This document shows positions 1-9,258 of a stretch of 60,535 nucleotides of DNA, piece by piece. Both the position numbers and the translations under genes were made by a program. The stretch's first letter is position 1. Each line of letters begins with the position of its first letter. The notes below the pieces were generated by a model. The model saw only the letters and a list, made by a program, of their open reading frames with translations, was not told where the DNA came from and made no database searches. Source of the stretch: Thermoplasmata archaeon (GTDB taxonomy: Archaea > Thermoplasmatota > Thermoplasmata > Halarchaeoplasmatales > Halarchaeoplasmataceae); NCBI GenBank assembly GCA_003551675.1, contig PUNG01000152.1, positions 71,377-131,911 of the forward strand, given 5' to 3'.

Positions 1-902
1 ACGTCTTTCCCTTACAGATGTGTCTCTCATGCGGGTGCTGTGAAAACTGGTGTCCCTTCGATTTTTCCGTGTCTGATATATTGAGACCCCAAAGGGAGGA
101 ATCCATCAAACAAGGAGTGGATTTTAAACAGTTTGATGAGATGTTCAAAGCTCTTGAAATGCATGGGTCCGTTCACGGCAAGGTGGGAAAGGAGAAAAAT
201 TATCCTGAAGAAGGAGAGGTCCTTTATCTGAGAGGATGCGAATTCAGAGAGAACGACCAAAGAGTGATCGATAAGACCATGCAGTTGTTTGAAAAGTTGG
301 ACGAGAGCGCTTTCGTTCTTCCAGGTGAAGAGTGTTGTGGTATACCTGCTTACAATGCGGGTAACACGGCGCTTTTTGAAGAGCTAGCCAAAAAAATGGC
401 AAAAAAAATCAATATGTCTAGTGCCAAAAAAGTGGTCACTTCCTGCCCCTCCTGCGCCTATGCATATGAAAGATTATATCCTGAATTCAGTCAAGGATTG
501 GATGTTGAGGTTCTGCATATGGTTGAATATTTAGAGGAGAAAAAGAGACTTTTGAATCTAGAGAAAAAAGGTGGAAGTGTCACGTTTCATGAACCATGCA
601 AACTCGTTAACGGACTTGGTAAGAAAAAAAGTATGAGAGATGTGCTTGAAAACAGCGGTTTATCCTTGAAGATACCCCGCAGGAGCGGAGAAAAGACTTT
701 CTGCTGTGGTTACGGGGGAACTACGGTTTCTAGACTGAATGAAGAACTCTCGTCTAGTATCAACGAAGAGAGGCTGAAAGAACTCAAAGGACTATCAAAA
801 AATATCGTCACCGCGTGCCCCTCTTGTAAAGAGGCGTTCCAAGACAACCACGGAGATGTCAAAGTTTACGACATAGCGGAGCTTTTCAATAGACTGCTGT
901 GA
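1..902 (+). CDS. Fe-S oxidoreductase, GlpC/HdrD-like (CCG-type cysteine motifs); 5' end cut by window edge
   Basis: The frame of ORF 18..902 stays open to the window edge. It has a ferredoxin motif C-x2-C-x2-C-x3-C-P (CLSCGCCENWCP) and two CCG-like motifs (EECCGIP...CPSC and TFCCGYGG...CPSC). It lies directly upstream of a GlpA-like dehydrogenase. Confidence 0.7.
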   Translation, partial: VFPLQMCLSCGCCENWCPFDFSVSDILRPQREESIKQGVDFKQFDEMFKALEMHGSVHGKVGKEKNYPEEGEVLYLRGCEFRENDQRVIDKTMQLFEKLDESAFVLPGEECCGIPAYNAGNTALFEELAKKMAKKINMSSAKKVVTSCPSCAYAYERLYPEFSQGLDVEVLHMVEYLEEKKRLLNLEKKGGSVTFHEPCKLVNGLGKKKSMRDVLENSGLSLKIPRRSGEKTFCCGYGGTTVSRLNEELSSSINEERLKELKGLSKNIVTACPSCKEAFQDNHGDVKVYDIAELFNRLL

Positions 903-911
903 GGTAAGGCT

Positions 912-2672
912 ATGAGCATATCCCGAAAAGTGAAAAAAGTACTAAAAAAATTCCCTTACGATATATCGTTCGTGGTGGACGAAGGGATCGTTTTATTAGA
1001 GGGAGAAGTAAACTCTCATCAGGAGTGGGTGAAGATAGGACTGAACATAGGCGATATCAAAGGGGTAAAAGGAGTGGTCAACGAGATCAGATGGAAGGGG
1101 ATGAAAGAGGGTAAAACGAGAGCTGAAAGACGTGAAAATATAGCGTCGAAGAACGAGAGGAAAAGATTAGGGAAACACGAAGTGGTTATAATCGGGGGCG
1201 GTATAATCGGCTGCTCCATCGCTAGAGAACTTTCTAAATTCAAAGTAGATGTGGCTCTAGTCGAGAAAGGTCCGGACGTATCTCTAGGCCAGACCAGAGC
1301 TAACAACGGGATGGTCCATCCTGGACTAGCTCCTTCCAAAGGATCGTTAAAAAGAAGACTGAACGTTCGCGGTAACGAGATGTACGGAGAACTGTGTGAA
1401 GAATTGGACGTTCCCTTCAAAAGAGTCGGAAGTTTGATCTTGATCACTTCTAGGACCCTGAAGAAATACAAGAGATATCTGCCTTTGGGCCTTAACACTG
1501 GTTTTTGTAAATATATACTACCTTGGTTGGTGAAAAAAAAGGCAGATAGGAATCGTCTAAAGGGTGTAGAGATATTGAGAGGGGATGATATAAAAAAAGA
1601 AGTCAAAGGTGTTACCGACGATGTTATCTCGGCGGTGAAGATACCTTCTACAGGAATAGTTGATCCTTATGAATTGACCATAGCTCTCTACGAGAATGCG
1701 AAGAAAAACGGAGTCGACTTTTATCTAGATACTGAAGTGGTGGGATTCGCTAAAGAGGATAGTATGATCAGAGGTGTGATCACCGATAAAGGTGTTTTGG
1801 GAGCTCACCATGTGGTCAATGCCGCCGGTTTATACTCCGACGAGATAGCGGAGTTAGCGGACACTAAAGAGTTTACTATACATCCTAGAAAGGGAGTAGA
1901 ACTCCTGTTCAACAAAAGGATACAGGATGATGTGGAACACTGTTTGACTGAACTGACCCTTCCGTCTCATCCCACCAGTAAAGGTGGAGGTATCAATCCT
2001 ACTGTGCATGGAAACATCATCTGGGGCCCCACGGCGAAGGAGATAGAATCTAAAAAAGATACCTCCGTGGACAAAAAAGATATAGATGAGATAATGGAAA
2101 GGTATTCAAAAGTGCTGCCCGATTTTCCACGCTCCGAATTCATCAGATATTTTGCGGGTGTGAGAGCACCTTCCTTTACAGAGGACTTCATCATAAGGCC
2201 CGCCAAAGAAGTGCAGAATCTTCTACACGTTGCGGCCATACAGTCCCCAGGTATAGCTTCCGCCCCTGCCATAGCCGAGTACTCAGTTGAAATGTTGGAT
2301 AAGATGGGCTTAAAGTTAGAGAGGGATGAAAGTTTTGACGGTTCTAGAAGAGCTATGGACAGGGCGGCGGAGATGAGTGATGATGAGTTGAGAAGCAGGA
2401 TCCAGGAAGAACAACGTTGGGGCAATATCGTATGTACCTGTGAGATGGTTTCGGAGGCTGAGATCATAGAAGCGATAAATAGAGGGGCTGAAAGCTTCGA
2501 TGCCATCAAGAGGCGAACACGGGCAGGCATGGGCGAGTGTCAGGAGAGTTACTGTTTACTTAGGATAGCTGATATCATGTCAAAAGAACTTGATATTCCT
2601 TTGAAAAACGTCAAAAAGGAGTGGGCTGAAAGCGAGTTTTTCGATGGCACCGTAAGGGGTGAGGAAGGATGA
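912..2672 (+). CDS. glpA: FAD-dependent glycerol-3-phosphate dehydrogenase (GlpA-like) with an N-terminal BON-like domain and a C-terminal BFD-like [2Fe-2S] domain
   Basis: Rossmann motif VVIIGGGIIGCSIARELSK. The C-terminal motif CTCEMVSEAEIIEAI...RAGMGECQESYC is typical of the BFD-like domain found in GlpA. Residues about 16-62 (ISFVVDEGIVLLEGEVNS...IKGVKGVVNEI) fit the BON pattern. The operon also contains a glycerol kinase. Confidence 0.8.
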   Translation: MSISRKVKKVLKKFPYDISFVVDEGIVLLEGEVNSHQEWVKIGLNIGDIKGVKGVVNEIRWKGMKEGKTRAERRENIASKNERKRLGKHEVVIIGGGIIGCSIARELSKFKVDVALVEKGPDVSLGQTRANNGMVHPGLAPSKGSLKRRLNVRGNEMYGELCEELDVPFKRVGSLILITSRTLKKYKRYLPLGLNTGFCKYILPWLVKKKADRNRLKGVEILRGDDIKKEVKGVTDDVISAVKIPSTGIVDPYELTIALYENAKKNGVDFYLDTEVVGFAKEDSMIRGVITDKGVLGAHHVVNAAGLYSDEIAELADTKEFTIHPRKGVELLFNKRIQDDVEHCLTELTLPSHPTSKGGGINPTVHGNIIWGPTAKEIESKKDTSVDKKDIDEIMERYSKVLPDFPRSEFIRYFAGVRAPSFTEDFIIRPAKEVQNLLHVAAIQSPGIASAPAIAEYSVEMLDKMGLKLERDESFDGSRRAMDRAAEMSDDELRSRIQEEQRWGNIVCTCEMVSEAEIIEAINRGAESFDAIKRRTRAGMGECQESYCLLRIADIMSKELDIPLKNVKKEWAESEFFDGTVRGEEG

Positions 2673-3910
2673 AAGACGTTGTAGTCATAGGAGGAGGCCC
2701 TTCAGGGCTGGCCGCAGCCCCTGAGATAGGAAAGAAAGGATATGACGTCACGATCTTAGAGAGAAACGGAGAACTCGGAGGGCTACTCCAACAGTGCATA
2801 CACGAAGGCTTCGGCACTTTGCTGTTCGATAAATCGCTTTCGGGTCCGGAATTCGCTGATATATTCATAAATAGGGTGCACGATACAGGGGTAAAAGTAG
2901 AGTTGGAGACCTACGTCAAGTCAGTAGAAAAGAGGGAAGATGGATTTGAGATGACCGCCGTTACTCCTAAGGGTGTAGAGATCATAAAAACTAGGTCTTT
3001 GGTTTACGCGATCGGTTGTAGGGAAAGGAACAGATTTGAGATAAAGATAGGAGGAACAAGACCGGCGGGGGTTTTGACCGCGGGAACGGTGCAGAGGTTG
3101 GTCAATCTTTACGGTGTATTGCCCGGTAAAAACCCCATAATCGTAGGAGGAGGAGACGTGGGTTTGATCGTGGCACGACATCTTTACTTGGAAGGCGTCG
3201 AGTCCATTCTCATGGTCTATCCCGAAGAGTTTTTTTCTGGTTTACCCAGGAACGCACAGCAGTGTATCTTGGACTTTGATATACCATACAGGCCCAGGAC
3301 CACTGTGAAAAGGATATTGGGAGATAAAAAGGTAGAGGCCGTTGAACTGGTAAAGGTAGATGAAAACTGGGATATGATCCAAGGTACGGAGGAGATATAC
3401 AGGTGTGATTCCGTCATCCTTTCCGTGGGACTCGTTCCCTATTCTGAGAAGGTGGAAGAACTGGGTGCGGAGATAGACTGTAAGACGAACGGTCCCGTGG
3501 TAGACGAATTCTTTGAAACAACTGTGGAAGGGGTTTTCTCCGTGGGAAACCTGGTACAGATATTCGACTATGTAGACGATGCGGTCCAGACCTCCTTCGT
3601 AGCTGCCCAAGGGGTCGACAAGTACTTGAAGGGGTTCAGTAGTAAAAGAGATAAACCCGTGAAGTTAAAACCGGGCAAAAACGTTGGAACCGTTACACCT
3701 CAGGTGATCGCTCACGACGCCGATGACGATATCAAAATATTTTTCAGACCGGGAATAGAAAAAGAAGGTGCTAGGATCGAGCTGACCAGTGGTAAAGAAG
3801 TTTTAAAACATCAGAAGAAAAGATATGTCAGGCCGTCTACTCTAGAAGAGATGGAACTGCCTAGAGATATCTTAAGTAAAAAAAAGGAAGTGATGGTAGA
3901 TGTCAGATGA
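2669..3910 (+). CDS. NAD(P)/FAD-dependent pyridine-nucleotide oxidoreductase, partner subunit of the G3P dehydrogenase
   Basis: Has a dinucleotide-binding motif VVVIGGGPSGLAAA and a second one, IIVGGGDVGLIVA. Its start overlaps the upstream stop (ATGA at 2669-2672). The GlpA-like + oxidoreductase + DUF1667 order matches the Thermococcales-type arrangement as I recall it. Confidence 0.75.
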   Translation: MKDVVVIGGGPSGLAAAPEIGKKGYDVTILERNGELGGLLQQCIHEGFGTLLFDKSLSGPEFADIFINRVHDTGVKVELETYVKSVEKREDGFEMTAVTPKGVEIIKTRSLVYAIGCRERNRFEIKIGGTRPAGVLTAGTVQRLVNLYGVLPGKNPIIVGGGDVGLIVARHLYLEGVESILMVYPEEFFSGLPRNAQQCILDFDIPYRPRTTVKRILGDKKVEAVELVKVDENWDMIQGTEEIYRCDSVILSVGLVPYSEKVEELGAEIDCKTNGPVVDEFFETTVEGVFSVGNLVQIFDYVDDAVQTSFVAAQGVDKYLKGFSSKRDKPVKLKPGKNVGTVTPQVIAHDADDDIKIFFRPGIEKEGARIELTSGKEVLKHQKKRYVRPSTLEEMELPRDILSKKKEVMVDVR

Positions 3911-4268
3911 AGATAGGGAGGTACTTTGTGTAAGGTGCCCCAAAGGATGTCGGTTAAAACTGTTCATCGACGAAAATATCGTGGTTAAAGGTCAAGAGTG
4001 CAAGTTGGGAGTGGATTATGGAAAAAAAGAGGCTAGACACCCCGAAAGAGAAGTACCTACAACGGTCAAGATAAAAAACGCTAGATGGCCTAGACTGCCT
4101 GTGAGGAGTAAAAAAAGCGTTCCTTTAGCCAAGATAGACGAAGTGATGGAAGAACTGAGGGGTCTAAAGGTCGAAGCCCCTGTTAAAAAGGGCGAAGTGA
4201 TAGTCCAAAATGTGGCTGATACTTCTGTCGATATCATCGCTGAAAGAGACATGGAGAGAGAAGTATGA
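3900..4268 (+). CDS. DUF1667 domain protein (small Cys-containing subunit of the G3P dehydrogenase module)
   Basis: The CVRCPKGCRL...GQECKLG cysteine pattern and the overall length are typical of DUF1667. The gene overlaps both neighbours (3900-3910 and ATGA at 4265). Confidence 0.8.
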   Translation: MSDEDREVLCVRCPKGCRLKLFIDENIVVKGQECKLGVDYGKKEARHPEREVPTTVKIKNARWPRLPVRSKKSVPLAKIDEVMEELRGLKVEAPVKKGEVIVQNVADTSVDIIAERDMEREV

Positions 4269-5776
4269 AAGGTCACATTTTAGTATTAGACATAGGGACC
4301 ACCAACATCAAGGGATTGGCCTATTCCGAGGAAGGAAAACTTTTGGGAAAAAAGGAGATCAAGACCGAACCTATCTTTCCCAAAGAAGGATGGGTCGAGC
4401 AGGATCCGAGAAAGATTATAGATGCCGTTAATGAGCTTTTGAGTTATTTAGAAAAGGAGTTGGGAAAACCTTCAGGTGTATCCATAACTAACCAGCGGAG
4501 CAGTTCGGTGGTTTGGGATAAGATGACCGGTAAACCGTTCTACAATATGATAACCTGGCAGGATACTAGGACCGAAAAACTCGTAGATGAGTACTCGTCT
4601 AAATTCATGGTCAAGTTCGGTAAGTTTTTAGGGGACGTGGTCAACGGTATAGCAAAAGTCGCTCCGTCCATAAAGAAAACGGAGCGGGGTGGGTACATAG
4701 CCAACCTTAGTTACGTTAGTTTCGGGACAAATCACACGTCCATGCATCTGAGATGGTTGATGAATAATGTTGAAGAAGTAAGAAAGGGCATAGAGGAGGG
4801 AAGAGCGCTCTTTGGGACCCTAGATAGCTGGGTGGCTTGGAATCTAACGGGTGAACACGTGACCGATTATACCAACGCATCCGCTACGGGTTTGTTCGAT
4901 CCCTTCTACTTGAAATGGAGCGACAACGTCTTGGATATCGTAGATATTCCTTCGGAGATACTCCCCTCTCTTGTGAGGAACGACGAGAAGATAGGGGTCA
5001 TAAAGGATCATGATGTTCCTTTACTCACCATCATAGCCGATCAGCAGGCGTCTCTATACATGAGCGGCGTCGAAAGGGGGACGGTGAACATGACCAACGG
5101 AACTGGAACTTTCATCGATCTTATCGTTGGTGAGCAAGCTCTTCCAGGGGGCACTGGTATCTACCCTATGGTAGCGTTGGGTAGTGAAGGTAAGGTGATC
5201 TATCTCTTAGAGGGCTTCGTTAATTCTACGGGGTCCGCCATAGATTGGATGAAAAATATAGGATTGATAGATAACTACGATGAAATAGCCGGTGCATGCG
5301 CAAAAAGAAAAAAAGGTTCAAAACTCATCTTTGTGCCCACCCTCTCGGGATTAGCAAGCCCTTATGAGCGACCCAAGATAAAGGGTACCATAGTTAATAT
5401 CACCATGGACACTTCGAGAGAGGATTTGGTCAGAGGTATGATAACCGGTTTAGCTATAAGATGTTCCGAAGTGATAGAGGCGTTGGAGAGTATCTCAGGT
5501 GTGAAGGTAGATCACATACTGGCCGATGGAGGGGCATCAAGGATAGACGAGTTTTTACAGATGACCTCGGACATATCTCAAAAAAGGTTAGAAAGAGCAA
5601 AAGTGCTGAACGGCTCGGCTTACGGCACTTTCATGCTGGCCAAGAGGATACTAGAGGAAAAGGATGTGATAGATAGTTGGGAGAAGCCCGATGTTGAAAG
5701 GGTTTTCAAGCCTAGGAGCAGGGTACATGAAAAGATCAAAGAGGATTGGGATGATCATCTTTCTTCGCTTTTGTGA
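4265..5776 (+). CDS. glpK: Glycerol kinase (FGGY carbohydrate kinase family)
   Basis: N-terminal motif ILVLDIGTTNIKG...EGWVEQDP and C-terminal motif ADGGASR are FGGY hallmarks. The length is about 500 aa and the context is a G3P dehydrogenase operon. Confidence 0.8.
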   Translation: MKGHILVLDIGTTNIKGLAYSEEGKLLGKKEIKTEPIFPKEGWVEQDPRKIIDAVNELLSYLEKELGKPSGVSITNQRSSSVVWDKMTGKPFYNMITWQDTRTEKLVDEYSSKFMVKFGKFLGDVVNGIAKVAPSIKKTERGGYIANLSYVSFGTNHTSMHLRWLMNNVEEVRKGIEEGRALFGTLDSWVAWNLTGEHVTDYTNASATGLFDPFYLKWSDNVLDIVDIPSEILPSLVRNDEKIGVIKDHDVPLLTIIADQQASLYMSGVERGTVNMTNGTGTFIDLIVGEQALPGGTGIYPMVALGSEGKVIYLLEGFVNSTGSAIDWMKNIGLIDNYDEIAGACAKRKKGSKLIFVPTLSGLASPYERPKIKGTIVNITMDTSREDLVRGMITGLAIRCSEVIEALESISGVKVDHILADGGASRIDEFLQMTSDISQKRLERAKVLNGSAYGTFMLAKRILEEKDVIDSWEKPDVERVFKPRSRVHEKIKEDWDDHLSSLL

Positions 5777-5994
5777 TACCTAGTACGCTAAAGTTCACGT
5801 TTGTTATGAATATGTGGGACCCTTGGTAGATGATATCATAGATGCGTTGAAAGAGGCGGACCATATTTGAGAAAAAACATCGGCGAAGGAAAAGTATTTA
5901 ATAAACTGGGTCGATTACGAAAAGTAGTATGACGGACATACTCTTATGGTATTGAATGAAACACAGGGTATGTCATATCCGGAGGAAAAAATAT

Positions 5995-7398
5995 ATGAAA
6001 AATAAAGTAAGCATGACCGTGGGCGTTGTGATGCTGTTGATTTTTGGTGTAGCCGGTATGTCCTTAGGGTGTGTTGAATCCATCACCCAGGGTAATATTT
6101 TATCTGAGGATCCGGGTGTAAACGAATTCGAAGTGGAGATAACAAGGCCTGTTGATGGTGAAGAGATCCAGAAGGGCGAGGAAGTGACGGTGGAGGTCAC
6201 TGTCAAAAACACAGGAGACGAAAAAGATACCCAGGATATCGAATTCACAGTTCGAGATGAAGACGGTGAGGTAATCCATGAAGACAGCGATAGATTGACT
6301 CTTCAAGCAGGTATAGAACTCGGGATGAGTTTTACTTGGACCGCTGAAAGTCCCGGCGAGTATAATTTTCAAGTATCTAGTGAAGACGATGTTGATCAGG
6401 TAGATGTCGAGGTAGTAGTGGAAGACGTAGCATATTTTGGTGTTGAGATCACTTCATACCAAGAAGAAGTTATCGAAGGTCATGAAGTGATCATAGAATA
6501 TGAGATAGAGAACAGAGGATCGGAAGAAGATAGACAAGACATAGATTTTGACGTGTATGATGAAGACGGCAGGTCTATATTCAGCGAAAGCGAGCGGATC
6601 CGTCTTTCTCCAGGCGAAAACTTCGTGGATCAGTTCATATGGCAAACAGAGGAAGGACAAACAGGTGTGTTCGATCTCGTTGTGGAAAGCGAAGATGATG
6701 ACGATGCGGTCAGTGTTACCGTATTGAAAGGAGCTTATTTTGAGGTACAGATATACGAATACGACGAGGAAGCTGTAGAGGGTGACGAGATAACAATAGT
6801 ATACAGGGTCGATAATATAGGTGAAGTGAAAGGAGAGCAGGATATCGTGTTCTCGGTGGACGGTGACGTGGTGGGCATCCAAGAAGAGGTCCAGATCGAT
6901 ATTGGTGGTGTGTATGGAGGTATGTTCACATGGCAGACCGACGAAGGTGACGTGGGAGAAAAAGTACTGACGATAGCTAGTGATAATGATGAAACTGAAG
7001 TCTCTTTGATGCTTTTGAAAGACGCATTCTTTGAAGTAGCAATAGTCGATTATTCTGCAGAAGTTGATGAAGGAGAAACAGCTTTCGTCGAGTTCGAAGT
7101 GACCAACACCGGAGATGTAGAGGACACCAAAGTGATAGATTTACTTGTGGACGGAGATGTAGAAGATAGTCAAGAGATAACCATCGCAGGGGGAGATACG
7201 TTCTACGGTGAATTCGAGTGGGATACAGAGGAGGAAGGGGATTACGAGCTCACAATAGCCAGCGAAGATGATGAGGACACGGTGACGGTCACGGTAAAAG
7301 ATGTCAGTAGGATTCCAGGGTTCACTATACTGTTGTTGATCTTTGCATCATCCATGGCGTTTGTGATCTACCACAGGATAAAAGTAAAAGAAAAGTAG
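5995..7398 (+). CDS. Acidic cell-surface protein with four CARDB-like repeats and a PGF-CTERM sorting signal
   Basis: GGAGG sits about 9 nt upstream of the ATG at 5995, and the track start 5956 is probably an over-extension. The protein has an N-terminal signal/TM (MTVGVVMLLIFGVAGMSLGC). Four repeats of about 95 aa follow (YFEV.I..Y...V.EG....V.Y.V.N.G......I.F.V...). The C-terminus is RIPGFTILLLIFASSMAFVIYHRIKVKEK, that is PGF plus a TM helix plus a basic tail. Confidence 0.85.
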   Translation: MKNKVSMTVGVVMLLIFGVAGMSLGCVESITQGNILSEDPGVNEFEVEITRPVDGEEIQKGEEVTVEVTVKNTGDEKDTQDIEFTVRDEDGEVIHEDSDRLTLQAGIELGMSFTWTAESPGEYNFQVSSEDDVDQVDVEVVVEDVAYFGVEITSYQEEVIEGHEVIIEYEIENRGSEEDRQDIDFDVYDEDGRSIFSESERIRLSPGENFVDQFIWQTEEGQTGVFDLVVESEDDDDAVSVTVLKGAYFEVQIYEYDEEAVEGDEITIVYRVDNIGEVKGEQDIVFSVDGDVVGIQEEVQIDIGGVYGGMFTWQTDEGDVGEKVLTIASDNDETEVSLMLLKDAFFEVAIVDYSAEVDEGETAFVEFEVTNTGDVEDTKVIDLLVDGDVEDSQEITIAGGDTFYGEFEWDTEEEGDYELTIASEDDEDTVTVTVKDVSRIPGFTILLLIFASSMAFVIYHRIKVKEK

Positions 7399-7414
7399 GT
7401 CCCACACGAGATAT

Positions 7415-7882
7415 CTAGCGAAGTTTAGATCCCAGCAGAGGCGCCATCATCTCCTTTTCTTTCTTTGAATCTACTCCTTCGAACTTGAATTTTTTCTTTT
7501 TACCCGTCCACTTGATCACCATGGTGTTAGGGTATTTGTAGTTCGAGTCTAGATTGTAGGAACCTTCCATTATCTTTACGGTTTTGATCTGCTCGGGTCT
7601 GATCTCGTAGTTGTTGGGACTCTCTTGAAGGATAGCCTGTGGGTTCATGTTATAATATCTTTCATGGAATCTGAATCCCGACGATACTGTCGCTTTCCAT
7701 TTGCTGATCAGTCCTTTATCCTCTGTACCTGCCACGGCTTTTTTTTGTTCTTCTTTTATCAGTTGGTTGTTGACTTCAGCAAAAATAAATCTGTAATTGG
7801 TGATCACAAGAGAGTAAGATCTTTGGCCGAAGAAACCGTCACTCAGGTTAGGTAAAACACCCATCACTTTTTCAGGTTGCAT
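7415..7882 (-). CDS. Hypothetical protein, possibly a PH-like (bacterial PH/GRAM-like) fold
   Basis: Clean 155-aa ORF, divergent from the next gene. The motif SYSLVITNYRFIFAE resembles bPH-type domains. No confident family assignment can be made by eye. Confidence 0.55.
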   Translation of the reverse strand: MQPEKVMGVLPNLSDGFFGQRSYSLVITNYRFIFAEVNNQLIKEEQKKAVAGTEDKGLISKWKATVSSGFRFHERYYNMNPQAILQESPNNYEIRPEQIKTVKIMEGSYNLDSNYKYPNTMVIKWTGKKKKFKFEGVDSKKEKEMMAPLLGSKLR

Positions 7883-7959
7883 AGTTGAGAAGTAGAACAG
7901 AGCTATTTAAGCTTATCAGTTTTCGAAAATATTATAGTACCTACCACGCTTCACGAAAT

Positions 7960-8520
7960 ATGGATGAAAAAAAGATCGAATTAAAAGAGGCCGAAAAGGA
8001 AGTAGAACTGATTAGTCAAAGATTAGCCCTTCTCCATCTGTCTTATGCAAAGGCTATCATAGATGAATTGGGCGAAGAGAAAGGCGAAAAACTCGTCCTG
8101 AAGGCTATCAATAATTACGGTAAAAGTATCGGCGAAAAAAGGAGAGAAGAGATAGAAAAGAAGGGATTAGAACCGATACCCGAAAACTTCGGAGAAGGCA
8201 ACGTCCTGAGGATTCCACGTTTCGGGATGCACTCCAAGTTAGAGGTGACCGAAGACAGTATGAAACTCTACGGATGTGTCATGGGTAAACTGTGGAAAGA
8301 GTACGGGGAAGAAGAACTGGGAAAATTATACTGCTACGTCGACCCTGCGAAGTACCTGGGATTTAACGAAGATTTCATTCAAGTGCACAGGAAGGCCATG
8401 CCTGCCGGTGACGACTTTTGTGAATTCGTGGTGAGGCGTTCTACAGAAGAGGAAAAAGAGTTGTTCAACTCTGGAGAAAAGGACTTTTCCCAGATCGATG
8501 CTCATCTAGATAAAGAGTAA
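7960..8520 (+). CDS. L-2-amino-thiazoline-4-carboxylic acid hydrolase (ATC hydrolase) family protein
   Basis: LHLSYAKAIIDELGEEKGEKLVLKAINNYG...CYVDPAKYLGFN...MPAGDDFCEFVV matches my recollection of the ATC_hydrolase family. The ATG at 7960 is preferred over the TTG at 7885 because it leaves a divergent intergenic promoter region. Confidence 0.6.
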   Translation: MDEKKIELKEAEKEVELISQRLALLHLSYAKAIIDELGEEKGEKLVLKAINNYGKSIGEKRREEIEKKGLEPIPENFGEGNVLRIPRFGMHSKLEVTEDSMKLYGCVMGKLWKEYGEEELGKLYCYVDPAKYLGFNEDFIQVHRKAMPAGDDFCEFVVRRSTEEEKELFNSGEKDFSQIDAHLDKE

Positions 8521-8523
8521 ATT

Positions 8524-9144
8524 TTAACTTTTTTTCAATGATCGAAGCTTTTCTAAGAAGAAACAGAGGACATCTTTCAACAACTTCCAAACTTCCTTCA
8601 AAAAAGTGAAACTCTTTTTGTAATACATGGTGGCTGCGACAACTATGGTGATAAATAAACCCGCGGAGATGTCGGATACACTTGCGTATTGAGTTGCCGT
8701 ATCTGCCGCCGTCATTCTTTCGCTCACAATCTGTGTATCTTCTGCCAATATCACACCGTAGTTGAATGAGAAATCAGGGATGGGTATAGGTCCTATGAAT
8801 TGGAAGAACATCTCGGCTTCGAAGTAATAGAAGTCCGTGACGAAGGGATAAAGGAGTGCCATACCCTCTCCTAGATCTAAGATCAGATGGGACAGAAGAT
8901 AAAAAAAAGCTATCAGTCCGTATTCTCTATATTCCGGGTAGTACCTATCCAGATAAATTATGATGAGTACAGGAACGATCAGACCTATCAACAGATTGTG
9001 AAATAGCATCCGGTGTGCTCCTGGAAAGAAAAAATCTAGGTCCATGACCACACTGAAAGGCAGCATCAAGAGGGCTTTTCGAGTATCTACCCTCAATGCC
9101 AAAAGAATCAGTAAAGGTATCGTGATATGGGCGAAGGTGTCCAT
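8524..9144 (-). CDS. Membrane-bound metal-dependent hydrolase, YdjM/DUF457-like
   Basis: N-terminus MDTFAHITIPLLILLAL, several TM helices, and conserved His/Asp positions (FFPGAHRMLFHNL, SHLILDLGEG) are typical of the YdjM family. Confidence 0.65.
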   Translation of the reverse strand: MDTFAHITIPLLILLALRVDTRKALLMLPFSVVMDLDFFFPGAHRMLFHNLLIGLIVPVLIIIYLDRYYPEYREYGLIAFFYLLSHLILDLGEGMALLYPFVTDFYYFEAEMFFQFIGPIPIPDFSFNYGVILAEDTQIVSERMTAADTATQYASVSDISAGLFITIVVAATMYYKKSFTFLKEVWKLLKDVLCFFLEKLRSLKKS

Positions 9145-9222
9145 GCACTGATCTTATTGGTATATAGAGTATATAAAGATTGTACATGAGGACGGACCAA
9201 AACACAGTCGCAAAAGGGGAAT

Positions 9223-9236
9223 AAATATTTATTAAT
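9223..9236 (+). promoter_or_regulatory. Candidate TATA box for the pilus-like locus (gene 9259)
   Basis: AAATATTTATTAAT is centred about 29 nt upstream of the ATG at 9259, which fits a leaderless archaeal transcript. The same 12-mer AAATATTTATTA recurs at 13853-13864. Confidence 0.4.
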
Positions 9237-9258
9237 AACCCTCTTATTAGGTACTAGT

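Noticed and set aside
1019-2530. Long antisense ORFs inside glpA (1019..1606 and 1967..2530, minus strand)
   Set aside because: They lie entirely within a well-supported sense CDS. Their S/L/P-rich low-complexity translations are typical of antisense frames of acidic genes.
5925-5975. 7-bp inverted repeat GACATAC ... GTATGTC upstream of the surface-protein gene
   Set aside because: It is short and has a roughly 25-nt loop. It is compatible with chance in a 200-bp AT-rich spacer, and no second copy or operator-like symmetry was found.
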